Shown one piece after another: positions 46,961 to 56,705 of a DNA stretch of 64,000 nucleotides (positions within the stretch are counted from its first letter, which is position 1; every line of letters begins with the position of its first letter). The notes below the pieces were generated by a model. It worked only from the letters and a program-made list of their open reading frames with translations. It was not told the origin of the DNA and ran no database searches. The DNA lies in the NCBI GenBank assembly GCA_046290465.1, contig JBKAGP010000001.1, positions 640,001-704,000 of the forward strand, written 5' to 3'. The position numbers and the translations under genes were made by a program. The stretch comes from Planctomycetota bacterium (GTDB taxonomy: Bacteria > Planctomycetota > UBA1135 > UBA2386).

Positions 46961-48115
46961 ATGTTTTCCGTTACCCAGGTCGGCAGCTGGCCGCGTTCGC
47001 GCAAGCTGCTGCAAGCCCTCCGCGACAAGCAGCAGGGGCGTGCGAGCCGCGCCGAGTTCGAGGCCGTCGCCGACGAGGAGGTGCGTCGCTGCGTCGCGCT
47101 GCAGGTCGAGGCCGGGGTCGACGTGGTCGTCGATGGCGAGCATCGACGCGACAACTTCTACTCGTTCGTCACCGACAAGCTGTCCGGCACCCGGCTGATG
47201 TCGCTGGCCGAGATGCTCGAGTCGATGGAGGACAAGGCGGCGTTCGAGGAGATGCTCGAGACGCTCGACGTGCCGGCGTCGGCGATCCGCAACCCGACCT
47301 GCACCGGCAGGCTCGAACGGCGTGAACCGCTGGCGACCGAGGAGCTGCGGTTCGTGCAGCAGCTGACCGACAAGCCGGTCAAGGTCTCGCTGCCCGGGCC
47401 GTACCTGCTGACCCGTTCGATGTGGGTCGGGGCGTTCTCGCGCGCCGGCTACGACGACAAGACCGAGATGGGCGACGACGTGGTCCGGATCCTGCGCGAG
47501 GAGCTGATCGAACTGCGCGACGCGGGCGTATCGTTCGTGCAGTTCGACGAACCGGTGCTGACCGAGGTCGTGATGAGCGACGACAACGACCGGCGAACAT
47601 TCATGTGAGCCACCCTTGCTACCCGCCGTGATGCGGGTGCCGAACTGGAATACGCCGCGACGCTGCTCAACCGGGTCGTCGACGGCGTCGACGGGGTGCG
47701 TACGGGGGTGCACGTCTGCCGCGGCAACTGGAGCCGCCAGGAGGACGTGCTGCTGACCGGGGACTACGAACGGCTGCTGCCGGCCTTCCGCGCGATGCGC
47801 GTCGACCAGTTCGTGCTCGAGTACGCGACGCCACGCGCCGGCGAGCTGTCGGTCGTCGGCCGTGCCCTCGCCGATCGCGAGCTGGGGCTCGGCTGCGTCA
47901 ACCCGCGCACCGACGAGGCCGAGGATCCGGCGACGATCGTGGCGCGCGCCGAGGAGGCGCTGGCGTACTTCCGCCCGGAGCAGGTGTTCCTCAACCCGGA
48001 CTGCGGCTTCGGCTGCTTCGCCAATCGCTGCGTCAACGTCGAAGACCACGCGGTCCAGAAGCTGCGCAGCATGGTCGCGGCGGCGCGGCAGCTGCGGGAG
48101 CGGCACGGCGGATGA
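46961..48115 (+). CDS. Cobalamin-independent methionine synthase (MetE C-terminal/core-type) family enzyme with in-frame TGA at codon 216, probably selenocysteine
   Basis: SD GAGGAG. Motifs VGSWPRS, DGEHRR, VSLPGP, VQFDEP, then TGA 47606-47608, then the same frame continues through HVCRGNW, LEYATPRAG and NPDCGFG to 48115 (384 aa in total). SECIS-like hairpin at 47618-47640. Confidence 0.85.
47618..47640 (+). promoter_or_regulatory. Candidate bacterial SECIS element
   Basis: GC-U(bulge)-ACCCGC / loop CGUGAU / GCGGGU-GC. The loop starts 19 nt after the UGA and has G as its second base. Confidence 0.7.
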
Positions 48116-48726
48116 GCGCGTCGGCCGACGACGACGACGAGACGGGCGATCCGCGCACGGTGGCGGCGCTCGCCGACGCGGCGGCGTTGACCGGTGCTCC
48201 GTGCCGGCGCTGCAGCAGGGCGCTGTGCGGCCACGAAGCGGTCTACTGCCTGGTGCTCGGCTACAAGGGGGCACCGCACTGCCTGCCGTGCATCGCCGCG
48301 CACATGGGCGAAGCGCTCGCACCGCTGCGCGAACGTGGCTTCGAATACGTGCGGCACCACGACTGCTTCCTCACCGCGTGGCGGCACGCCGGCGACCTCG
48401 AGGGCCATGCCGGAGTCGATCGGCCGCCGTGCGTGTTCGCGCTCGACGAAGATCCCGCCGCTGCGGCGCAGGCGGGCGCAGGGCGCGATGCGGTGGCCGA
48501 GGCCCAACCGTCCGGGCATGCGAGCTGGGACGCCGGCGGCATGGGCTGTGGCGACCTCGTGCTCGAACTGCGCCAGCGGCTGGCGAAGCTGCCGCCGCGC
48601 GGCCTGCTGCACCTGATCGCCACAGACCCTGGTGCGCCGACCGACCTGCCCGCCTGGTGTTCGATGACCGGGCACACGCTCGAGTCCGCCGAGCACCCGG
48701 ACTATCGCATCCGCCGCCGCCCCTGA
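48112..48726 (+). CDS. Cys-rich putative metal-binding domain fused to a TusA/SirA-like domain
   Basis: ATGA overlap. CRRC....C, HCLPC, HHDC, then WDAGGMGCGDLVLELR, ATDPGAPTDLPAWCSMTGH, YRIRR. Confidence 0.85.
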   Translation: MSASADDDDETGDPRTVAALADAAALTGAPCRRCSRALCGHEAVYCLVLGYKGAPHCLPCIAAHMGEALAPLRERGFEYVRHHDCFLTAWRHAGDLEGHAGVDRPPCVFALDEDPAAAAQAGAGRDAVAEAQPSGHASWDAGGMGCGDLVLELRQRLAKLPPRGLLHLIATDPGAPTDLPAWCSMTGHTLESAEHPDYRIRRRP

Positions 48727-48758
48727 ACGGCCGGCGGTCGCCTGCACGCGGGCTCGGC

Positions 48759-49121
48759 TCAGAGCCGCACGTTCTCGCGGCGCATCTCGCCGTCGTCCTG
48801 CTCGACCAGCCGCACGAAGTGCGCGCCGCGCGCGAGCGACGAGCGCTGCAGCAGCGGCCGCAGCACGCCGAGCAGCTGGTCCTCGTCGGGGCCGCAGAAG
48901 AACAGGATGCACTCGCCGCCGCCGAACTCGTCGCCGTCGTACTCGCCGACGCCCGCGTCCAGCACCGCCGCCTCGAGCTGCTCGGCCAGCAGTTCGATCT
49001 GGGCACGCTCTTCGTGCGTGCCCATGTTGCGGTTGCTCAGCCGGAGCACGACGAGCAGGTCCCGCTCGTCGGCGGGATCCTCGTCGTCGAAGCCGAAGTC
49101 GGGCAGGTTCTGGTCGCTCAT
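48759..49121 (-). CDS. Small acidic hypothetical protein
   Basis: MSDQNLPDFGFDD...GVGEYDGDEFGGGECILFFCGPD, 120 aa with coding-like codon bias. Confidence 0.7.
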   Translation of the reverse strand: MSDQNLPDFGFDDEDPADERDLLVVLRLSNRNMGTHEERAQIELLAEQLEAAVLDAGVGEYDGDEFGGGECILFFCGPDEDQLLGVLRPLLQRSSLARGAHFVRLVEQDDGEMRRENVRL

Positions 49122-49159
49122 CGCGAGCAAGTCTAGCCCGACGGGGGCCGGCCGCGCGA

Positions 49160-50296
49160 CTACGGGTCGAGCGTCAGCGTGTCGGCGGTGGCGACGATCG
49201 CGAAGGTCGTCGGGTCCTGGCTGACGGCGCTGGCGTAGGTCGTGATGCCGAGCAGGGCGGTGGCGCTGGGCAGGCCGAAGTAGACCGCGTCCCGGTCGTT
49301 GTCGACCGTGCCGTAGGCGAGCGGCAGCGACGCGACCGCAAGCGTCAGGCCGTCGACCGTGAAGTTGCTCTGCCAGCCGTTGGCCGGATCGATCTGGAAC
49401 GCGCCACACGCCGGCGCGGTGAAGCCGATCAGCAGGATGTTGGAGTCGCCCGGCTCGCCGGCGTTGCGGCACACGTAGCCCGGCAGGTTGGGGTCGTACT
49501 CGACGTAGGTCACGCGCAGGCCACCCGCGAACAGGTTGTTGTTGGCGTTGCCGCCGTTGCGGTCGTCCATCCAGGTGACGACCACGTCTCCGCGGGTGGT
49601 GACGGCGACCACCGCGTCGGCGTCGGCGTCGATCGCCGCCGGGTCGACCAGTTCGCAGTAGGTCCAGGTCGTGCCGAAGTCGTAGGTGAACGCGACCGCC
49701 GCCGGGTCGGCGCCGGCGATGTTGTCGACGAACGTCACCGCCGCGTAGCTGCCGTGGCAGTCGAGCAGCGGCGTGCTGGTGTTGCCCTGCGAGATCAGCG
49801 TCTCGGTCTGCAGGCCGGCGAGGAAGTCCGCGCCGCCGTTGGGGTCGGTGACGACGAACGTCTGGTTGGCGCCCGAGCGGTCGTCCTCGTAGCTGACGTA
49901 GAGCGCGCCCTCGGGCGTGCAGCCGACGGCCATGCCGTCCGAGTCGACGCCGGCGGGCGACATGCTGACCACGACCGGCGGCACGAACGTGCCCGGCGCG
50001 CCCGAGGTCGTGCTGAGGTAGAGGTAGCAGTCGTCGTCGCCGCCGCGGGAGTCCTCGGTGAACACCGCCACCGAGTAGTTCGGCGCCTGGCCGAACACGC
50101 ACAGCTGGCTCTCGCGCTGCGCGGCGAACGTGGTCGGCGCGGCGAACGAGGTCAGGTTCTGTTCGGCGCCGAAGGTCGCGCCGTCGTCGGTCGACACCCG
50201 GATGACGGTGTCGTTCCAGTTGTTGTTGCCGACGCCGGCGGCGGCGCGGTCGTCCTGCCAGCCGACCACGACCAGGTCGTCGACGCAGGCCACCAT
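49160..50296 (-). CDS. BNR/sialidase-like beta-propeller protein, apparently lacking its N-terminus
   Basis: Asp-box-like STDDGATF and TYDFGTTW, repeated W.DDR / EDDR / EDSR blades. No signal peptide at ATG 50296. Confidence 0.65.
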   Translation of the reverse strand: MVACVDDLVVVGWQDDRAAAGVGNNNWNDTVIRVSTDDGATFGAEQNLTSFAAPTTFAAQRESQLCVFGQAPNYSVAVFTEDSRGGDDDCYLYLSTTSGAPGTFVPPVVVSMSPAGVDSDGMAVGCTPEGALYVSYEDDRSGANQTFVVTDPNGGADFLAGLQTETLISQGNTSTPLLDCHGSYAAVTFVDNIAGADPAAVAFTYDFGTTWTYCELVDPAAIDADADAVVAVTTRGDVVVTWMDDRNGGNANNNLFAGGLRVTYVEYDPNLPGYVCRNAGEPGDSNILLIGFTAPACGAFQIDPANGWQSNFTVDGLTLAVASLPLAYGTVDNDRDAVYFGLPSATALLGITTYASAVSQDPTTFAIVATADTLTLDP

Positions 50297-50555
50297 CGGG
50301 CGGCGAGATGGCTCCAGAACTCGGGGAGTGGAAGATGGCTCCACTGCTCGGCCGGCAGCCGGGGCGTTCCGTGAGCGGTGCATGAAGGTCGCGACCGGCG
50401 CTGGATCTGCGTGCGATCTTGTCCGTTCGTTGGCCGTCGGCTGCGCAGCAGGGCCCGGGCCGGGGGCGGGCGACAAAGCCTGGTGCGCGGCGCCGCAACA
50501 ACCGTCGCGACGCTGGCCAAGCGGACCCCACCCGCTATGCTGCGGGGTTCGAAAC

Positions 50556-53500
50556 TTGGCCACGAACTCGAAAACCACCTCCCGCAGGGCCGCTCCGGCG
50601 GCGCCGAAGCGGGCCCGCAAGAAGGCCCGCAAGAAGGCCCGCAAGAAGGCAGCTGGGGCGCCGGCGCAGGCGCCACAAGTCGTGGTGCGGGGGGCGCGTG
50701 AGCACAACCTGAAGAACGTCGACCTGGCGTTCCCGCGTGATTCGCTGACGACCTTCACGGGCGTCTCGGGCTCCGGCAAGTCGAGCCTCGCGTACCACAC
50801 GATCTACCAGGAGGGCCAGCGGCGCTTCCTGGAGAGCCTGAGTTCGTATGCGCGGCAGTTCCTCGGGCGCATGGAGAAGCCCAAGGTCGACCACGTCGAA
50901 GGCCTGTCGCCGACGGTCTCGATCGACCAGAAGTCGACCAGCCACTCGGCGCGCTCGACGGTCGGCACGCTGACCGAGGTGATGGACTTCCTGCGGCTGT
51001 GCTGGTCGCGGCTGGGCGAGCCGAGCTGTCCCGAGTGCGGCGCGGCGATCGAGTCGTGGTCGCCCGATCGCATCGTCGACGCGATCGTCGCCGAACACGA
51101 CGGCCAGGCCGCGATGGTGCTGGCGCCGGTGGTGCGCGAGCGCAAGGGCGAGTACCGCAAGGAGCTGGTCGAGTGGGCGCAGAAGGGCTTCGTGCGGGCG
51201 CGCATCGACGGCGTCGTGCGCCGCCTCGACGAGGACATCCAGCTCGAACGCTACGTCTAGCACACGATCGAACTGGTCGTCGATCGCCTGACGATCAAGC
51301 CGGAAGTGCGGTCGCGGCTGGCCGAGGCGGTCGAGCAGGCGGTGCAGCTCGGCTGTGGCCTGTGCACGCTGGTCGACGGCAAGGGGCAGGACGACCGGCT
51401 GTTCTCGACCCAGCGCAGCTGCCCGGACGGCCACGGCGCGCTGCCCGAGATGGAGCCGCGGCTGTTCTCGTTCAACAGCCCGATCGGCGCGTGCCCGAGC
51501 TGTGACGGCATCGGCGAGACGTTCGGTTTCGCGCCGGAGCTGTTGGTCCAGGACGAGAACAAGTCGATCCGCGACGGCGCGCTGCACGTGTTCACCGACC
51601 AGGGCCGGCTGGTCTACGGGCGGTTGACGATCGAGCACCTGCAGGGCGTGCTCGAGGCGTTCGGCGGCGACGTCGACACGCCGTGGAAGAAGCTCGGCAA
51701 GCGGGTGCAGAAGGTCGTGCTGCACGGCTCGGGCAAGAAGAAGTTCGAGTTCAAGTGGCAGCGCAAGACCGCGATGTTCACGACCTCGGGCAGCGACAAG
51801 GTCGCGTTCCCCGGCGTGCTCGGCCACCTGGAGAAGGTCTACCGGCCGTCGCGTGCGCGGCACCTGGATCGCTTCCGGGCCGCCACGCCGTGCGCCGAAT
51901 GCGACGGTTCGCGGCTGTCCGCGGCGGCGCGGGCGGTCACGTTCTGCGGCCGCACGTTGCCCGAAGTGCTGGCGATGTCGGTCGACGACGCGCTGGCGTG
52001 GGTGCGTGCGATCGAACTGAGCGGCAACGACCTGCGCATCGGCCGCGACATCCTCAAGGAGATCGACCGGCGGTTGACGTTCCTGGCGGACGTCGGCCTC
52101 GGCTACCTGACGCTGGCGCGCCGCGCCGCGACGCTGTCGGGCGGCGAGTCGCAGCGGATCCGGCTGGCGGCGCAGGTCGGTGCCGGCCTGCGCGGCATCC
52201 TCTACGTGCTTGACGAGCCGAGCATCGGCCTGCACGCGCGCGACCAGCAGCGGCTGCTCCGCACGCTCGAAGCGCTGCGCGACCGCGGCAACACCGTGGT
52301 CGTCGTCGAGCACGACGAGGAGACCATGGAGCGCAGCGACTTCCTGGTCGACGTCGGCCCCGAGGCGGGCGCGCACGGCGGCCGGGTGGTGGCGGCGGGC
52401 ACGCCCGACGAGGTCAAGGACAACCCCGCGTCGATGACCGGCCGCTACCTGCGCGGCGACGTGCAGGTGCCGATGCCGGCCGAACGCCGCCGCGAGGATC
52501 GCGGGGCGCTGCGGGTCCGCGGCGCGCGCCACCACAACCTCGACGGCCTCGACGTCGACCTGCCGCTCGGCCGGCTGACCGCGGTCACTGGGGTTTCGGG
52601 TTCGGGCAAGTCGACGCTGGTGCACCACGTGCTGGTGCCGACGATCAAGGATCACCTCGCCGACAAGGGCGTCGCACCGGCGCACTGCAAGGCGGTCGAC
52701 GGCATCGACCAGATCGACAAGCTGGTCGAGATCGACCAGAAACCGATCGGGCGCACGCCGCGCAGCAACCCGGCGACCTACACCGACGTCTGGACCCACG
52801 TGCGCGACCTGTTCGCGATGCTGCCCGAGTCGCGGCTGCGCGAGTACAAGAAGGGCCGGTTTTCGTTCAACGTCGCCGGCGGCCGCTGCGAGGAGTGCCA
52901 GGGGGCCGGCGTGAAGACGCTGGAGATGAACTTCCTGGCGCCGGTCGAGGTCGTCTGCGAGGAGTGCGCCGGCGCGCGCTTCCACGCCGACACGCTGGCG
53001 ATCCGCTTCAAGGGCAAGAGCGTCTACGACGTGCTCGAGATGACCGTCGAGGATGCCGCGGCGTTCTTCGCGGACCTGCCCAAGATCGCGCGCGGCCTCG
53101 ACGCGCTGCTGGCGGTCGGCCTCGGCTACCTCAAGCTCGGCCAGCCGTCGACGACGCTGTCGGGCGGCGAGGCGCAGCGGGTCAAGCTGGCGACCGAGCT
53201 GCAGCGTCCGGCCACCGGTCAGACGCTCTACATCCTCGACGAGCCGACCACCGGCCTGCACTTCCAGGACGTGGCGCGCCTGCTCGACGCGCTGCAGCGA
53301 CTGGTCGACGCCGGCAACAGCGTGCTGGTCATCGAACACAACCTCGACGTCGTGCGCGCCGCCGACCACCTGATCGACCTCGGCCCGGAGGGCGGCGTCG
53401 GCGGAGGCCGGCTGGTCGCGACCGGCACGCCCGAGGAGGTCGCCGACCTCGACGACTCGCACACCGGCAGGGCGCTGCGCGCGATGGGGCTCGGCAAGAA

Positions 53501-56500
53501 GCGCCGCCGCAAGGCCGCCAGGAAGGCCGGCAGCCAGGAAAGCGACAAGGGTGGGGCCGCGAGCGCGCGCAGCGCGCCGCCCGAGGCGATCTCGGTGCGC
53601 GGCGCGCGCACGCACAACCTGCAGGCGGTCGACTGCGACGTGCCGCTGGGCAGCTTCACGGTCGTCACCGGTCCGTCGGGGTCGGGCAAGTCGAGCCTGG
53701 CGTTCGACACGATCTTCCAGGAAGGGCAGCGCCGTTTCCTCGAGAGCATGTCGACGTACGCGCGCCGCTTCCTCGGCCGCATGGACCAGGCGCCGGTCGA
53801 CAAGCTCGACGGGCTCGGCCCCGCGATCGCGATCGACCAGAAGCGCACCGGCCGGAGTCCGCGCTCGACGGTCGCGACGACCACCGAGATCCACGACTAC
53901 CTGCGTCTGCTCTACGCGCGCACCGGCCGGCACCACTGCCCGACGCACGGCCAGGAACTGGTCGCCTGGTCGCCGAGCAAGGCGGCCGCGCACCTGGTGC
54001 AGCAGCACGCGGGGGCGCGCGCCTACGTGCTGGCGCCGGTGACCGTGCCCGTGCTGAAGGGCAAGGCGGCGGTGCAGTGGCGCGACGCGCTGCTCGAGCA
54101 GTGGCGCACGGCCGGCTTCGTGCGCGCGCTGGTCGACGGCGAAGAGCGGCGCCTCGACGACGACTGGGGGCGCAAGCTGCCCGGTTCGCTCGACCTGGTG
54201 GTGGACCGCACCACGCTGAAGGACCGCACCCGCCTGGCCGACGCGATCGAACAGGCGCAGGCGCAGACCCGCGAGCACGACGGCCAGGTCGCCGCGGTCG
54301 TGCAGGTGGTGCCGAAGGACGCCGAGCCGGAGCGGCACTGGTTCGGGGCCGAGCCGAGCTGCGAGCACTGCGACTACCGCGCGCCCAACGACCCGCACCC
54401 GCGCTGGTTCTCGTTCAACCACCACAGCGGCGCGTGCAGCAGCTGCCTCGGTCTCGGCAAGGTCGTGCTGTGCGCCGAGGAGCTGCTGGTCAACCACCCG
54501 CACAAGCCGGCGTTCGGCGGCGCGATCTCGCACAGGGGCGGCCACTTCACGTTCCTGACCGGGACCGACGGTTACTACCACGAGGTCGCGTCGGCGGTCG
54601 CCGAACGGTTCGGCTTCGAGCTCGAGCAGCCCTGGAACAAGCTGAGCAAGCAGGCGCGCGAGATCCTGCTGCGCGGCGCCGGTGACGAGCGGTTCGAGGT
54701 CGTCTTCAAGAAGGACGACGGCGGCCGCAAGCGCGAATGGCGCATGAAGGTCGCGTGGAAGGGCTTCGCCAGGCAGGTCGAGGACTGGTTCCACGGCCGC
54801 GACGCCGACCACGAGGACGGCGACGATCGGCTGGCCGCGGTGATGCGCAGCGAGCTGTGCCCCGTCTGTGAGGGCGATCGCCTGCAGCCGGGACCGCGGC
54901 ACGTGCGGGTCGGCGGCGTGCGCATGCCGGAGGTGCTGGCGCAGACGGTCGACCAGGCCAGCGAGACGCTGGCGAACCTGCAGCTCGACCGCACCGAGCA
55001 GCGCATCGCGGCCGACGTGCTCAAGGAGCTCGAGCACCGGCTGTCGTTCCTGCGGGAGACCGGCCTCGGCTACCTGTCGCTGGACCGCTCGGCGGCGACG
55101 CTGTCGGGCGGCGAGGCGCAGCGCATCCGGCTGGCGACGCAGCTCGGCAACAAGCTGGTCGGCGTGCTCTACGTGCTCGACGAGCCGACCGTCGGCCTGC
55201 ACCCGCGCGACACCGAGCGGCTGCTGAAGACGCTGCTCGACCTGCGCGACCTCGGCAACACGGTGCTGGCGGTCGAACACGACGAGGTGATGGTGCGCGC
55301 CGCCGACCACGTGCTCGACATCGGGCCGGGTGCCGGCGTGCGCGGCGGCAAGGTCGTCGCCAGCGGCAAGCCGGCCGAGATCGCCGGCAGCGGCACGCTG
55401 ACGGGCCAGTGGCTGAGCGGCACGCTGCCGATCGAACGGCGCGAGGCGCCGCGCGAAGCCGCCGGCTACGTCGAGCTTCGCGAGGTGTCGGTGCACAACC
55501 TCGACCGCGTCGACGTCGACGTGCCGCTCGGCGTGTTCACCGCGATCACCGGCGTGTCCGGCTCGGGCAAGTCGTCCTTGGTGATGGACGCGCTGGTGCC
55601 GCAGCTCAAGGACGGCAGCGTCGACGTCGTCTGGAACGACGAGGAAGAACGGCACCACCAGCTGATCGTGGTCGACCAGTCGCCGATCGGGGTGTCCCCG
55701 TCGAGCAACCCGGCGACCTACACCAAGGCGTTCGGGCCGATCCGCGAGCTGTTCGCGGCGACCCCGCTGGCGCGCCAGAAGGGCTTCGGCGCCGGTCGGT
55801 TCTCGTACCACGTCGCCGCCGGCCGCTGCGCCAACTGCGAGGGCAAGGGGCAGATCCAGGTCGAGATGCACTTCCTCGCCGACGTCTGGGTGACCTGCGA
55901 GATCTGCCGCGGCAAGCGCTACAACCAGGAGACGCTGACGGTCGAGTACCGCGGCAAGAACATCGCCGACGTGCTGGCGATGGACGTCGACGAGGCGCTG
56001 CAGTTCTTCGGCAACCACAAGAAGATCGTGCGGCCGCTGCAGCTGCTGCACGACGTCGGCCTCGGCTACCTGACGCTCGGCCAGCCGGCCAACACGTTCT
56101 CGGGCGGTGAGGCGCAGCGGATCAAGCTGTGCGCCGAGCTGCAGCGCCGGCCGAGCGCGCACACGATCTACGTGCTCGACGAGCCGACCACCGGCCTGCA
56201 CGCCGACGACGTGCAGAAGCTGCTGCGCGTGCTGCAGCGGTTGCTCGATCGCGGCGACTCGGTGATCTGCATCGAGCACCACCTCGACGTGATCGCCGCC
56301 GCCGACCACGTGATCGAGATGGGGCCCGAGGCCGGCGACGGCGGTGGACGCTGCGTCGCCGCGGGAACCCCCGAAGCGCTCAGCAGGATCCAGGCCAGCC
56401 ACACCGGCCGGTTCCTGAAGGACCACCTGCAGGCGCTCGCCACCGCGGGCGCAACGGCCAGCGAGAAGGCGGCGCCGCGGAAGAAGGGCGCTCGGAAGAC

Positions 56501-56705
56501 GGGCGCGACGAAGAAGGCGCCCGCGAAGAAGGCCCCCGCGAAGAAGGCCCCCGCGAAGAAGGTCCAGAAGAAGAAGGTCCAGAAGAAGAAGGCCCAGTCC
56601 AAAAAGGCCCAGACGAAGAAGGCCCCGAACACCACGGGGCAGCAGCAGAAGGCTCAGGGAGCGCGGCGCAGCGCGTCGCGCAAGACCCGAGAGGAGATCG
56701 GATGA
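50556..56705 (+). CDS. uvrA: Double-length UvrA (two complete UvrA units in tandem) interrupted by an in-frame TAG at codon 235
   Basis: Four Walker A G.SGSGKS motifs, four [LF]SGGE signatures, four LDEP Walker B motifs and several CxxC pairs. ORFs ending at 51260 and resuming at 51306 are in the same frame across the TAG at 51258-51260. TTG start assumed. Confidence 0.88.
56481..56630 (+). repeat. About ten 15-bp coding repeats encoding a histone H1-like [10 protein letters not shown] tail of UvrA
   Basis: aagaaggcccccgcg and aagaaggtccagaag units in tandem. Confidence 0.85.

Noticed and set aside
46961..48115. MetE-like gene as two separate genes or a decayed pseudogene
   Set aside because: The break is one in-frame codon in the middle of the barrel, there is no other lesion, there is no SD before GTG 47696, and a SECIS-like hairpin sits at the expected place. 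An assembly error is not formally excluded.
51261..51290. Hairpin cgatcga/tcgatcg after the uvrA TAG as a recoding signal
   Set aside because: It is formed from common ATC/GAT/GTC codons, the codon usage is ordinary, and no pyl genes are present in the window.
56481..56630. Tandem repeats as CRISPR arrays (also 6529-6570 and 23789-23843)
   Set aside because: The units are contiguous, short and have no unique spacers. No cas genes are present.
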